64,000 nt of DNA, taken from Paracoccaceae bacterium. GTDB taxonomy: Bacteria; Pseudomonadota; Alphaproteobacteria; Rhodobacterales; Rhodobacteraceae. Positions 17,966 through 27,944 of this stretch are shown one piece after another. The DNA is taken from contig WKFI01000007.1 in the NCBI GenBank assembly GCA_014872875.1, forward strand, positions 176,495 through 240,494, written 5' to 3'. The notes below the pieces were generated by a model that saw nothing but the letters and a program-made list of their open reading frames with translations, was not told where the DNA came from and searched no databases. The first letter of the stretch is position 1. Every line of letters begins with the position of its first letter. The position numbers and the translations under genes were made by a program.

Positions 17966-18898
17966 ATGCCCATGATCCGCATTAACGCATGTGGAGATGC
18001 ACCTGAATTGCATCTCAGCCCGCGTCCGGTCTGGCCGACGCTCAAACGCGCCAGCCAGACCGACGGCCCCGTGATCATCATGATCCACGGCTACAAGTAC
18101 TTGCCCGGCCATTCAGTTCACTGCCCGCATCGTCATCTCCTGTCCCTCGCGCCCGAAGATCTCCCCTGGCGCTCCCCCAGTTGGCCACGTCAATTGGGTT
18201 TTGGCGTAGGCAACGCCGGCGAAGGTCTGGCCATCGCATTCGGATGGCAGGCCCGTGGAGCGCTTTGGCAGGCTCAGTTGCGGGCCGTATCGGCGGGCCG
18301 GGTTCTGGCCCGTGTGATCCGCCAATTGCATTCCGACCGGCCGGATCGGCAAGTTCATATTCTGGCCCATTCCATGGGGACGGAACTGGCGCTGGAAGCC
18401 CTGCACCACATCCCTGCCGGGGCCATCAGCCGCGTGATTTCCATGACTGGTGCCTGCCACCAATCGAGGGCCATGACCGCTCTGCAAACACCTGCCGGGC
18501 AAAGAACCGATTTCGTCAATATCACCAGTCGTGAAAACGACCCGTTTGACTTCCTGTTCGAACGGCTGATTACACCGCCAGCACGCGGAGACCGCGCCTT
18601 GGGTCACGGCTTGCAAGCCCCGAATGCAGTGACGGTGCAGTTGGATTGCCCAACAACGTTGGAACATCTGAGCTGCCTCGGCGCCAATATTGCGCCGCCT
18701 CAGTTTCGGGTCTGCCATTGGTCGTCCTACATGCGACCTGGCGTATTACGGTTTTACTCCAACCTGCTGCGCCGTTTCGATGAATTCCCGCTTGAACGGC
18801 TGCGGCAGGGCCTGCCTTGCGAAACGGCCCCCCGTTGGTCACGGCTTTTTGCACCGCCCAGACTGCCTACCCCCTTGCCGTTCCTACAGAAAGCCTGA
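17966..18898 (+). CDS. Alpha/beta hydrolase (DUF900-like)
   Basis: 310 aa. IIMIHGYKY and the nucleophile elbow HILAHSMGTELALEAL (GxSxG variant AHSMG). GGGAGGGG lies upstream of the ATG. Confidence 0.65.
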   Translation: MPMIRINACGDAPELHLSPRPVWPTLKRASQTDGPVIIMIHGYKYLPGHSVHCPHRHLLSLAPEDLPWRSPSWPRQLGFGVGNAGEGLAIAFGWQARGALWQAQLRAVSAGRVLARVIRQLHSDRPDRQVHILAHSMGTELALEALHHIPAGAISRVISMTGACHQSRAMTALQTPAGQRTDFVNITSRENDPFDFLFERLITPPARGDRALGHGLQAPNAVTVQLDCPTTLEHLSCLGANIAPPQFRVCHWSSYMRPGVLRFYSNLLRRFDEFPLERLRQGLPCETAPRWSRLFAPPRLPTPLPFLQKA

Positions 18899-18928
18899 TG
18901 ATCTCTCCTATACAACCGAGGGAAAGCA

Positions 18929-19618
18929 ATGGCGGATCCGATCCAGCTTTATTATTGGCCGACACCAAACGGGTGGAAGATTTCCATCGCGCTCGAGGAA
19001 ATGGGGCTGCCCTATGAAACAACTCTGATCAATATCGGCAAGGGCGACCAGTTCGACCCCGACTTCCTGAAAATCGCGCCGAATAATCGAATGCCCGCGA
19101 TTGTCGATCCGCATGGGCCCGGAAGTGCGCCTGTCTCGCTGTTCGAAAGCGGCGCCATCCTGCAATACTTGGCGCGCAAGACCGGACAGTTTTATGGTTC
19201 GGACGACCGCACCATGCTAACCACCGATCAATGGTTGATGTGGCAGATGGGTGGGGTCGGTCCGATGGCCGGTCAATGCCACCACTTCCTGAAATACGCG
19301 CCCGAAGAGCTCCCATACGCCCAGGACCGGTATCGCAACGAAGTCGCCCGGCTCTATGGCGTGTTGGACAGGCATCTGGCCAAGAACGAATTTGTCAGCG
19401 GTACCGAGTACACCATCGCCGATATCGCGATCTGGCCGTGGGCCTCGCTCTGGGAGGGGCAGGAACAGAGCCTCGACGACAAACCCCACCTGTCCCGTTG
19501 GCTGCGCACACTCTGGGACCGACCCGCCCTGCGCAAGGGGCGCGCACTCTATGCAGACCTGCGCGCAGACCGTTCTGACACATGGGTACAATCGGATCTC
19601 TTTGGCCCCGACGCTTGA
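18929..19618 (+). CDS. Glutathione S-transferase family protein (YfcG/Nu-class-like)
   Basis: 229 aa. N-terminus IQLYYWPTPNGWKISIALEEMGLPYE...IAPNNRMPAIVD is typical of YfcG/YghU-type GSTs. Confidence 0.85.
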   Translation: MADPIQLYYWPTPNGWKISIALEEMGLPYETTLINIGKGDQFDPDFLKIAPNNRMPAIVDPHGPGSAPVSLFESGAILQYLARKTGQFYGSDDRTMLTTDQWLMWQMGGVGPMAGQCHHFLKYAPEELPYAQDRYRNEVARLYGVLDRHLAKNEFVSGTEYTIADIAIWPWASLWEGQEQSLDDKPHLSRWLRTLWDRPALRKGRALYADLRADRSDTWVQSDLFGPDA

Positions 19619-19690
19619 GCCCGAACAGGCTCTCATCTCCAACTTATCCTAAATTCTCCCACGGACAGCGCGGCTTTCCGTGGCGACCGG

Positions 19691-19755
19691 GGCAGCGCCT
19701 CTGGCGCTGCTGGGCCCAACGCTTTGCGGGGGCCTCAGCCCACGAACAAAGGGGC
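19691..19755 (+). repeat. Degenerate copy of the intergenic repeat family
   Basis: GGCAGCGCCTCTGGCGCTG is 17/19 identical to GGCAGCGCCTGCGGCGCTG at 57871. It is followed by GCGGGGGCCTCAGCCCACGAACAAAGG. It lies between convergent genes. Confidence 0.3.
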
Positions 19756-19776
19756 GGGAGATTTACCGGCGCCGGT

Positions 19777-20394
19777 TCAGGCGCCGTCCTTTTCGGCATC
19801 GTCTTCTTCGATACCGTATTTCTGGAATACCGCCCCTTGGGTCATGAAGAAGACAAAGATCGCCGCCGACAGGCCGAAGGTCTTGAAATACACCCAGGTC
19901 TCGGTGCTCTGGCTGCGCCAGATCAGCTCGTTCAAAACCGCCAACGCCAGGAAGAACATGCACAGTCGCCTGGTCAGGATCATCCAACCTTCCGGCTCCA
20001 GCGGCAGCATTTCTTCCATGACGTATCTCAGATAGCTCTGCCCCCTGAGCAGCCCCACACCCAACATCCCGCCGAAGAGTAGGTAGATCATGGTCGGCTT
20101 CATCTTGAAGAACCGGTCATCGTTGAACCAGACCGAAAGACCGCCAAACAGAACGATCAACACAAGTGTCATCACTTGCATCCGTGAGATATGTCCAGTC
20201 AGCTTCCAAAGGATCCCGGTGGACAGCATCATCAGCGGTACGAACCCCGCCGTGACGATGATGAACCCCTGGTATTCGGTCCCGGCAATGGTAAAAATGT
20301 CGTCCTTGAGCTTCAGATAGGCGATGAAAAACAACGCAATCGGCCCCAACTCCAAAGCCATTTTCAGTTTCGAGTTGATCTTCTGCTCGGCCAT
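19777..20394 (-). CDS. yciB: Intracellular septation protein A (YciB family)
   Basis: Probable start at ATG 20394 (MAEQKINSKLKMALELGPIALFFIAYL). Multi-pass membrane protein of the expected size, about 205 aa. Confidence 0.8.
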   Translation of the reverse strand: MAEQKINSKLKMALELGPIALFFIAYLKLKDDIFTIAGTEYQGFIIVTAGFVPLMMLSTGILWKLTGHISRMQVMTLVLIVLFGGLSVWFNDDRFFKMKPTMIYLLFGGMLGVGLLRGQSYLRYVMEEMLPLEPEGWMILTRRLCMFFLALAVLNELIWRSQSTETWVYFKTFGLSAAIFVFFMTQGAVFQKYGIEEDDAEKDGA

Positions 20395-20440
20395 TGCTTG
20401 TCCTTCTGCACCCTTGGGTCTCGGGTCTTTATGTCGGGGT

Positions 20441-21343
20441 TTATCCGCCCATTTCAACTATCACGGCGCCCAGCGCGATCAAAGCCATCAGCGTGATCCG
20501 GCGGGGGCCGACGGTTTCCTTCAACACCAGCCAGCCGATCAGGGCAGCAAACACGGTCGAGGTTTCGCGCAAGACCGCGGCCTCCCCCACCTTGTCGAGC
20601 CGCGTGGCCAACATGATTGCACCAAAAGAACAGAACGCCACCAGCCCTCCAAACACCCCCCGCACCATCAACGGACCAGGGGCGGGAGGGTTGCTCATCG
20701 AACGCCATCGCAGATAGGCGATGAACGGGAACGTGGCGCCGTCGATCATGAAAAACCAAGCCAGAAAGGTGAACGGATCCGCAGTGGCCCGGATGCCATA
20801 GGCGTCATAAGTGGTGTAAAGCGCCACAAACAGCCCGGTGGCGACAGCCAAACCCAATGCGATGCCCAATGTGTCGCGATTGGTTTCGAGATAGCGGAAA
20901 TTGTAGGCCGCCAGTCCGAAAATCCCGGTGAGCAAAACACCAACGCCCGCCCACTGGGTCAGGGTAAAAGTTTCGGCGAAGAGCAGGTAGGCCCCGATCA
21001 CTGTAAACAACGGCCCGGTGCCACGCACCACCGGATAGACCACGGTATAGGAGCCCTTGGTATAGGCCAGTGCCTGCAAGGTCTTGTAGAGTATGTGGAT
21101 CAGCCAAACCGCTGCGAAGATCGGCCACATATGCGGTTCGGGCCAGGGCACGACGAACAGGGCAAATGGGGCTGCCATCAGGCAATAGGACGCATCAATC
21201 GCTCCGCGCGACAACCAAGGGTCGTGCCGCCCCTTCTGCAAAGCCCCAAAAACAGCATGCAGGAACGCCGCCATGATCGCGAGACCCAGTGCTACGCGAT
21301 GCCCGGCCTCGGTGCCTTCCAGGGAAATCAACCAATCACTCAC
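20441..21343 (-). CDS. DMT superfamily (EamA-like) transporter
   Basis: 300 aa, about 10 hydrophobic segments, duplicated EamA-like halves. GTG start. Confidence 0.8.
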   Translation of the reverse strand: MSDWLISLEGTEAGHRVALGLAIMAAFLHAVFGALQKGRHDPWLSRGAIDASYCLMAAPFALFVVPWPEPHMWPIFAAVWLIHILYKTLQALAYTKGSYTVVYPVVRGTGPLFTVIGAYLLFAETFTLTQWAGVGVLLTGIFGLAAYNFRYLETNRDTLGIALGLAVATGLFVALYTTYDAYGIRATADPFTFLAWFFMIDGATFPFIAYLRWRSMSNPPAPGPLMVRGVFGGLVAFCSFGAIMLATRLDKVGEAAVLRETSTVFAALIGWLVLKETVGPRRITLMALIALGAVIVEMGG

Positions 21344-21370
21344 GTGTCGGGCCTTTAAACTGGTGGAGAG

Positions 21371-21426
21371 CGCCAGGGGGTTGTTTGCCCCCCGGACCCC
21401 CGATGGTATTGTCAGCCTGACGAAGG
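21371..21426 (+). repeat. Copy of the intergenic repeat family
   Basis: A GGGGG-TTGTTTG-CCCCC hairpin is followed by GGACCCCCGATGGTATTGTCAGCCTGACGAAGG, which aligns with CACCCCGAGATATTTTCGACCAGAAAGAAG at 57926. It lies immediately downstream of the ftsY stop. Confidence 0.4.
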
Positions 21427-21427
21427 A

Positions 21428-22618
21428 TTAAGACCGGTCGAGGCCGGTCAGGGCGGCAGCAAATTCTTCAGGGTCAAAGGCGGCCAGATCGTCGATCTGT
21501 TCGCCCACGCCGATGGCATGGATCGGCAAGCCGAACTTGTCAGCCAACGCCACCAGAACGCCGCCCTTGGCTGTCCCGTCGAGCTTGGTCATCACGAGGC
21601 CAGAGACGTCCGAGATCTTGCGGAACACATCCACCTGGCTCAGCGCGTTCTGACCCGTGGTCGCGTCCAGTACCAACAGAGTATTGTGCGGCGCGGTGTC
21701 GTCCTTTTTGCGGATCACGCGAACGATCTTGGCCAGTTCTTCCATCAGGTCGGCGCGGTTTTGCAACCGGCCTGCGGTATCGATCATCAGCAGATCCGCG
21801 CCTTCCTCCTGTGCGCGGGTCATCGCGTCAAAGGCCAGCGAGGCCGGATCAGAACCTTCGGGCGCGGTCAAAACCGGTACCCCGGCCCGATCGCCCCAAA
21901 CCTGCAGCTGTTCGACGGCGGCCGCACGGAATGTATCGCCCGCGGCGATCACCACCTTTTTGCCTGCGGATTTGAACTGGCTGGCCAGTTTGCCTATCGT
22001 CGTGGTCTTGCCCGAGCCATTGACACCCACCACCAAAACGACCTGCGGGCGCTTGGAATAGATCGGCAACGGTTTGGCCACCGGTTCCATCACGCGGGCA
22101 ACTTCCTGGGCCAGCAGTTCCTTGATTTCAGTTGCGGACAGGCGCTTGCCGAACCGGCCTTCGGCCATGTTCGAGGTCACGCGCAGCGCGGTGTCTACGC
22201 CCATATCCGAGGCAATCAGCAGCTCTTCGAGCTGTTCCAGCATGTCATCATCAAGAACGCGGCGCGGCTCGGACGCGGAACTGCGGCCCAAAAGACGGCC
22301 CAGAAGGCCGGGTTTGGCTGCGGTCGTTTCAGGTGCGGCTGCTGGTTCCGGCGCAGGCACCGAACCGGATTCCGGCTGCGGTGCGGATACGGGCACGGGA
22401 TCGGCATCCGTGGAAGCTGCCGGTTCCGGTTGAGCTTGGGACTTGGACACACTTTCAGGCTCAGGTTCCGGGGTCGGAACCTGGGTGATAGCCGGTTCCG
22501 GGGTCGGTTCAGGGGCCGGAGATGTCTCCGCCCCTTCTTCTACGATTGCATCCAGACCCTGTTCCAGTTTTGAAGACGACTTGAACAGGCGATCCTTGAG
22601 CTTGGAGAAAAATGCCAT
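21428..22618 (-). CDS. ftsY: Signal recognition particle receptor FtsY
   Basis: 396 aa. Acidic, Pro-rich N-terminus followed by an NG domain with GVNGSGKTTT, DTAGR and TKLDG motifs. Confidence 0.95.
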   Translation of the reverse strand: MAFFSKLKDRLFKSSSKLEQGLDAIVEEGAETSPAPEPTPEPAITQVPTPEPEPESVSKSQAQPEPAASTDADPVPVSAPQPESGSVPAPEPAAAPETTAAKPGLLGRLLGRSSASEPRRVLDDDMLEQLEELLIASDMGVDTALRVTSNMAEGRFGKRLSATEIKELLAQEVARVMEPVAKPLPIYSKRPQVVLVVGVNGSGKTTTIGKLASQFKSAGKKVVIAAGDTFRAAAVEQLQVWGDRAGVPVLTAPEGSDPASLAFDAMTRAQEEGADLLMIDTAGRLQNRADLMEELAKIVRVIRKKDDTAPHNTLLVLDATTGQNALSQVDVFRKISDVSGLVMTKLDGTAKGGVLVALADKFGLPIHAIGVGEQIDDLAAFDPEEFAAALTGLDRS

Positions 22619-22679
22619 CTGCTACTCCGCACGGGTTTCATCCCACCTAATGCGGATTGGGGGGACATGCAAAGGACCC

Positions 22680-23321
22680 TCAGCCGAATGCGGCGAAAAA
22701 TCCGGCCTGCGCCCCCCAATAAAGCGGCCAGATCGCATATGGCGTGATGCGGCGCGCCTGGTGATCAGCGGGCAAGACAAAGGTTTCAAAGGCCAGAATC
22801 ACGTCCGATGCCATGAAAGCGAAGGCAGCCGGAAGCGCCAACGCATAAAGATCGGCGGGCAAGGTCAGCGCAGCGATCCCCATGCCCAGAATAATCGGGA
22901 TGTAGCAAAGCACCGCCCCACGCAGATCGCCAGCGCGAGGCCCAAGAACGCGCGACATCACGACGCCAAGGGCTGTCAAACCCAACATGACGGCGACCTG
23001 CGCCGGACCAGCCAAAAGACTTATCTCCCCTTCGGGTCGCGTCATGAACAAAACGATATAGGCCAGATGGCCCGCCGCAAAAGCACCGACACCGGCCATG
23101 AAGGCGTTGTCACCGTCGCGAGACAAAAAGTAGTCACCAATCGCGCATAACCCCAGAGCCAACGCCAGAAGCCATGATCCTCCGCCTAGCAGGGCTGCTG
23201 CCGACAAGGCCATCACGGCTGCGGTCTTGAACACGCTGCGCAGTATACTCGGTGGACGGGTGGTCAGCGGCAGGTAAACCAAGGCGCAAATCGCGGCGAA
23301 GTAAAAAAGTAAGGCAGACAT
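22680..23321 (-). CDS. YhhN-family (lysoplasmalogenase-like) membrane protein
   Basis: 213 aa, polytopic. Contains GDYFLS and AAGHLAYI motifs typical of YhhN/TMEM86 (from memory). Confidence 0.6.
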   Translation of the reverse strand: MSALLFYFAAICALVYLPLTTRPPSILRSVFKTAAVMALSAAALLGGGSWLLALALGLCAIGDYFLSRDGDNAFMAGVGAFAAGHLAYIVLFMTRPEGEISLLAGPAQVAVMLGLTALGVVMSRVLGPRAGDLRGAVLCYIPIILGMGIAALTLPADLYALALPAAFAFMASDVILAFETFVLPADHQARRITPYAIWPLYWGAQAGFFAAFG

Positions 23322-23381
23322 CTGGGACCTTGTGCAAAGTGATCACTCAAGCATTGCTTGCTTGGCCGCGCCTCGTCAAAG

Positions 23382-24416
23382 ATGACCCAACGAAAGGACC
23401 TGCTTCCAATGTTCTGGTTTGCCATTGCCAGCTTGACCCCCCTGCTGATCCTATTCGCGGCCTGTTTTTGGGGCGGTCTTTGGGCCCCTTCCGCCGTGCT
23501 CTACATGACCGTCTGCGTCTATCTGATGGATCGGTTGGGACGCACGACCGAAGCTACGGACGCAACCAATGGCGCGGACGTGCTGTCGGTCACGCTGGCT
23601 TTGGGCCATCTGCTGTTGATCCCTGTGCTGTCTTTTGTGTGCGGAACGCGCAGTGGTCTTGAGCTGGTCTTACTCGTCATCGGATCGGGGCTTTTCATGG
23701 GGCAGGTCTCGCATCCCAATGCACATGAGCTGATCCATCATCCGAACCGGAAACTTCGAAGATTGGGGCAGACTGTCTATACGAGCATGTTGATCGGGCA
23801 TCATGCTTCGGCCCATATGCTGGTTCATCATGTGCATGTGGCTAGCGACCGGGATCCCAACTCGGCCCGATTGGGCGAAGGGTTTTATGCTTTCTGGCTC
23901 CGGGCATGGGCGGGATCTTTTTTGCAAGGGTTCCGGGCCGAAGCACGACTGCGCACGGGACGCGCGGGACTGAACCCATACCTTGCCTATGCCGCCGGTG
24001 GAGTGGCTACACTTGTGCTTGCCTGGAGCCTGGGCGGTCTCCCGGCAATTGTGGCTGTGCTGTTGGCCTGCCTGTATGCTCAGGCGCAGATCTTCCTGGC
24101 CGATTACGTCCAGCATTACGGGCTGCGGCGGGCGCGACACGGCGACAGGCTGGAGCCGGCGGGCCCGCAGCATTCCTGGAACGCACCGCATTGGTATTCC
24201 TCGGCGCTGATGCTGAATGCGCCTCGCCATTCCGACCACCACATGAACCCCGGACGGCGCTTTCCACAATTGCTGCTGGACGAGGACATGCCCACACTGC
24301 CCCGCTCGCTCCCGGTAATGGGTGTGATCGCGCTGATCCCGCCCTTGTGGCGCAGGATTATGGATCCCCGGGTGGCTCTGGTGCAGAGTCGCGGTCAACC
24401 TTTTGCGCAGGTTTGA
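23382..24416 (+). CDS. alkB: Alkane 1-monooxygenase-like membrane di-iron hydroxylase (AlkB / fatty-acid desaturase superfamily)
   Basis: Histidine boxes HELIHH, HHVHVASDRDP, DYVQHYGL and HSDHH. First ATG at 23382; the ORF track start at 23358 is TTG. Confidence 0.75.
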   Translation: MTQRKDLLPMFWFAIASLTPLLILFAACFWGGLWAPSAVLYMTVCVYLMDRLGRTTEATDATNGADVLSVTLALGHLLLIPVLSFVCGTRSGLELVLLVIGSGLFMGQVSHPNAHELIHHPNRKLRRLGQTVYTSMLIGHHASAHMLVHHVHVASDRDPNSARLGEGFYAFWLRAWAGSFLQGFRAEARLRTGRAGLNPYLAYAAGGVATLVLAWSLGGLPAIVAVLLACLYAQAQIFLADYVQHYGLRRARHGDRLEPAGPQHSWNAPHWYSSALMLNAPRHSDHHMNPGRRFPQLLLDEDMPTLPRSLPVMGVIALIPPLWRRIMDPRVALVQSRGQPFAQV

Positions 24417-24452
24417 TTGTACTTGCGCCACGCCCTCTGTCACAGTTGCGAC

Positions 24453-24851
24453 ATGTTGAGAGTTACTGTTCTGCTGTTCGGGCTCTGTGCCCCCGCTGCG
24501 ACTGCGGCTGCCGAACCGGTTGGACCGGAGGCCTTTGACCGCTACACACGTGGAAAGACCCTCTATTACGGGTTCGACGGCCAACCCTATGGGGTTGAGC
24601 GCTATCTTCCGGGGCGGAGGGTCATCTGGTCCTTTCTGGATGGGGAATGTCAGGAAGGTGAATGGTATCCGCAGGGCGATCAGATTTGTTTCATCTACGA
24701 AAACCGCAATGACCCGCAGTGCTGGCAGTTCTCAATGGGCCCCGGCGGGCTAACCGCACGGTTTCAGGATGATCCGCTGAGCACGGAATTATATGAATCC
24801 CACGAAATCGGGGAGGAAATGCTGTGCAAGGGGCCGGACGTCGGGGTTTGA
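24453..24851 (+). CDS. Small secreted Cys-containing hypothetical protein
   Basis: ATG 24453 gives MLRVTVLLFGLCAPAATAAA (signal peptide). The mature part has 4 Cys. It begins 37 nt after the alkB stop. Confidence 0.5.
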   Translation: MLRVTVLLFGLCAPAATAAAEPVGPEAFDRYTRGKTLYYGFDGQPYGVERYLPGRRVIWSFLDGECQEGEWYPQGDQICFIYENRNDPQCWQFSMGPGGLTARFQDDPLSTELYESHEIGEEMLCKGPDVGV

Positions 24852-24869
24852 CACACGTGTCAGGATAAG

Positions 24870-24930
24870 GGCAGCTGCCGCTCTGCCAAGTTGGGGCAAT
24901 TACCTTGAGATTTTTCCCGCCAGATGAAGG
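24870..24930 (+). repeat. Copy of the intergenic repeat family
   Basis: The 56-nt core at 24875-24930 (CTGCCGCTCTGCCAAGTTGGGGCAATTACCTTGAGATTTTTCCCGCCAGATGAAGG) aligns ungapped with 57900-57955 at about 68% identity by hand count. It contains the palindrome GGCAGCTGCC and the hairpin CCAA-G-TTGG. It sits between convergent genes. Confidence 0.5.
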
Positions 24931-24946
24931 ACCTCGCTTTTCGGGC

Positions 24947-26518
24947 TCAAAACAGGGAACCCTGCCCCTCCGGGTCAGATTTTGGCGCCGATTTCTTTGT
25001 GGGCTTAGAGGGCGCTTTCGAGGGAACGCCAGCACCGACCGACAGGCGACCATCGGCAAATTCGATTTCCAACGCCGTTGCCTGGGCTGCATGGGCCTGG
25101 CTCGTCAGGACCGTTCCCTCAGAACGGACCACCGCATAGCCGCGTTCAAGCGTTGCCTTGTAGCTGAGGATTTCGCGTTGGCGGTCCGTTGCCTCCAGTC
25201 GGTCGCGCAGACGCGTGATCTGTGATTGCCCAGCGGTCGACAGACGCTGGCTGAGGGTCTTCAACCGTTCTTGTTGTCGCTGCACCTCCTGGCTCAGCCG
25301 CTGGGGATGCAGTCGGGTGGCACGCGCCTCCAACTGTTCACGCTGCCGGGTGATGGCCCGTTGCAAGGCCGGGGTCAGGCGGTCCACCCGACTGGTGAGC
25401 CGGTCCCTTTCGCTTTCCACCCGGTGGCGCAGGGTGCGGGGGCGAAGAGGTGCCGCGGTTTCGGTGAGTATCAGGCGACGGCTCTGTACGCCGCGAATCA
25501 GGGCGTTGGGCAAGCGGTCGCTGGCCTGGTCCAGACGCTGACGTGGCGTGTCGAGCAGGGTTTCGGGGCGCGGCAGCGCACGACCGAGATCCGCCAGGCG
25601 CTGGCGGCGAATTTGTACGGCCTGCCCTGCACCGCGCGCCAGACGGGCTCCCATCGCCTCGGCCCAAGCCAGAAGTTCCAGCCGCACCGGAACGGCCAGC
25701 TCGGCCGCCGCCGTGGGGGTTGGCGCGCGACGGTCGGATACGAAGTCGATCAGCGTGGTATCGGTTTCATGCCCCACGGCAGAAATCAACGGGATCTGCG
25801 AAGCGGCGGCCGCGCGGGCCACGATTTCTTCGTTGAAGCCCCAGAGGTCTTCGATCGAGCCTCCGCCGCGCGCGACAATGATCAGATCGGGGCGCGGCAG
25901 AGCGCCTCCTGGCGTCAGCCGGTTGAACCCGTCGATGGCGCGGGCCACTTCGGGCGCACAATTGGCACCCTGCACGGCAACCGGCCAGACCAGCACCTTG
26001 CGCGGGAAGCGGTCGCGCAGACGATGCAGGATGTCACGGATCACGGCGCCCGAAGGTGAGGTCACGACCCCAATGATCTGTGGCAGGTAGGGCAACGGGC
26101 GCTTGCGTTCGGCTGCAAAAAGCCCCTCTCCTTCGAGCTGTTTCTTACGCTTTTCCAGAAGCGCCATCAACGCGCCCTGCCCCGCGACTGCGACTTCATC
26201 GACATTGAGGTTGTATTTTGACTGCGCGCCAAAGGCGGTGAGCCGTCCAGTGACGACAACTTCAAGCCCCTCTTCCGGCACGACCGAGAGATTCGCGACC
26301 TGTCCCTTCCAGGTCGTGCAGGCCAGCACATTCCGATCGTCCTTGATGTCGTAATACAGGTGCCCTGAGCGGGCCTTGAACACACGACCGACCTCACCCC
26401 GCACCCGTACGCGTCCAAAGGCGCCTTCGAGCGTGCGTTTCACCTCTCCCGAGATTTCGGAGACGGTGAATTCGGGCATGTTCTGGCCCGGCATCGGATC
26501 ATCAAACAGGTCGGACAA
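24947..26518 (-). CDS. xseA: Exodeoxyribonuclease VII large subunit
   Basis: OB-fold N-terminus PEFTVSEISGEVKRTLEGAFGRVRVRGEVGRV followed by a long coiled C-terminal half. The likely start is TTG 26518 (M-SDLFDDP...) with GAGGGAG 8-9 nt upstream. The ORF track extends to 26596. Confidence 0.9.
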   Translation of the reverse strand: MSDLFDDPMPGQNMPEFTVSEISGEVKRTLEGAFGRVRVRGEVGRVFKARSGHLYYDIKDDRNVLACTTWKGQVANLSVVPEEGLEVVVTGRLTAFGAQSKYNLNVDEVAVAGQGALMALLEKRKKQLEGEGLFAAERKRPLPYLPQIIGVVTSPSGAVIRDILHRLRDRFPRKVLVWPVAVQGANCAPEVARAIDGFNRLTPGGALPRPDLIIVARGGGSIEDLWGFNEEIVARAAAASQIPLISAVGHETDTTLIDFVSDRRAPTPTAAAELAVPVRLELLAWAEAMGARLARGAGQAVQIRRQRLADLGRALPRPETLLDTPRQRLDQASDRLPNALIRGVQSRRLILTETAAPLRPRTLRHRVESERDRLTSRVDRLTPALQRAITRQREQLEARATRLHPQRLSQEVQRQQERLKTLSQRLSTAGQSQITRLRDRLEATDRQREILSYKATLERGYAVVRSEGTVLTSQAHAAQATALEIEFADGRLSVGAGVPSKAPSKPTKKSAPKSDPEGQGSLF

Positions 26519-26616
26519 TAAGGCGCTCCCTCGGGATCTTTTGAGTTCTTGTTCAAAGGGTCCATGCAGCATAGAACGCTGCCCAAGCAAGGCCAAGCAG
26601 ATCGGAGTGCGCGCTC

Positions 26617-27879
26617 ATGAATATCCTCATCCTCGGCAGCGGTGGTCGGGAACATGCCCTGGCATGGGCCGCCCTTCAGAACCCGAAATGCGACAAGCTG
26701 ATCGTGGCACCGGGCAATGCCGGCATCGAACAGATCGCAGAATGTGCAGATCTGGACATCAACCGGGGCGGTGCTGTTGTGACCTTTGCCGAGGAAAACG
26801 CCATCGACTTTGTCATCGTCGGCCCCGAGGCGCCGCTGGCAGCCGGCGTGGCAGATCGGTTGCGCGAAGCGGGTGTTCTGGTCTTTGGCCCGTCCGAGGC
26901 AGCGGCACAGCTGGAAGCCTCCAAGAGTTTCACCAAGGAGATCTGCGACGCAGCAGGTGCACCTACTGCGGGCTATGGTCACTTCACCGAAGCGGAGGCC
27001 GCCAAGGCCTATATCCGCGAAAACGGTGCTCCAATCGTCGTGAAGGCTGATGGTCTGGCCGCGGGCAAGGGCGTGATCGTGGCGATGGATGAGGACACCG
27101 CGTTGGAGGCCATCGACGACATGTTCGGCGGCGCCTTTGGCGGAGCCGGGGCCGAGGTTGTGATCGAGGAGTTTATGGAGGGCGAAGAAGCATCGCTTTT
27201 CGTGCTGGTCGATGGCGAGGACGTTCTGTCGATCGGCACCGCGCAGGACCACAAACGAGTCGGCGAAGGCGATACTGGTTTGAACACGGGTGGCATGGGT
27301 GCCTATTCGCCCGCTCCTGTTCTGTCGGCCGAGATCGAAGCCAAGGCGATGGAGGAAATCGTCAAGCCAACGATGAAAGCGATGAAAGATCGTGGCATGC
27401 CTTATCAGGGCGTGCTCTATGCCGGGCTGATGATCAAGGACGGGCAACCGCGCCTGGTGGAATATAACGTTCGATTTGGCGACCCGGAATGCCAGGTTCT
27501 GATGATGCGGCTGGGCGCGCAGGCACTGGACCTGATGCACGCAGCGGCTGAAGGTCGGCTGGCGGAGGCTCAGGTCAACTGGGCGGATGATCATGCGATC
27601 ACGGTAGTGATGGCGGCCAAAGGCTATCCGGGGTCCTATGAAAAGGGCACCGAGATCGGAGGTCTGGACGCCCTGCCCGAGGATAGCAGCAATATCGTCT
27701 TCCACGCTGGCACCAAGGCAGAGGCAGGCAAGGTTTTGGCCACCGGCGGACGCGTTCTGAACGTCACTGCCCGCGGCGCCAGCCTGCAGGAAGCCCGCGA
27801 CCGGGCCTATGCGATGGTCGATGACATCGACTGGCCCGGTGGCTTCTTCCGCCGCGACATCGGCTGGCGCGCACTCTGA
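26617..27879 (+). CDS. purD: Phosphoribosylamine--glycine ligase
   Basis: 420 aa. MNILILGSGGREHALAWA... with an ATP-grasp core, full length. Confidence 0.97.
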   Translation: MNILILGSGGREHALAWAALQNPKCDKLIVAPGNAGIEQIAECADLDINRGGAVVTFAEENAIDFVIVGPEAPLAAGVADRLREAGVLVFGPSEAAAQLEASKSFTKEICDAAGAPTAGYGHFTEAEAAKAYIRENGAPIVVKADGLAAGKGVIVAMDEDTALEAIDDMFGGAFGGAGAEVVIEEFMEGEEASLFVLVDGEDVLSIGTAQDHKRVGEGDTGLNTGGMGAYSPAPVLSAEIEAKAMEEIVKPTMKAMKDRGMPYQGVLYAGLMIKDGQPRLVEYNVRFGDPECQVLMMRLGAQALDLMHAAAEGRLAEAQVNWADDHAITVVMAAKGYPGSYEKGTEIGGLDALPEDSSNIVFHAGTKAEAGKVLATGGRVLNVTARGASLQEARDRAYAMVDDIDWPGGFFRRDIGWRAL

Positions 27880-27922
27880 TTTGCCCGGGGAGCGCTCCCG
27901 CGGCCAATTGGCCTTGGGCACG

Positions 27923-27944
27923 GCAGCCCGCTTAGGCGGGCTGC
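27923..27944 (+). terminator. Hairpin downstream of purD (weak terminator candidate)
   Basis: GCAGCCCGC-TTAG-GCGGGCTGC, a 9-bp stem with no clear T-run after it. Confidence 0.35.
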
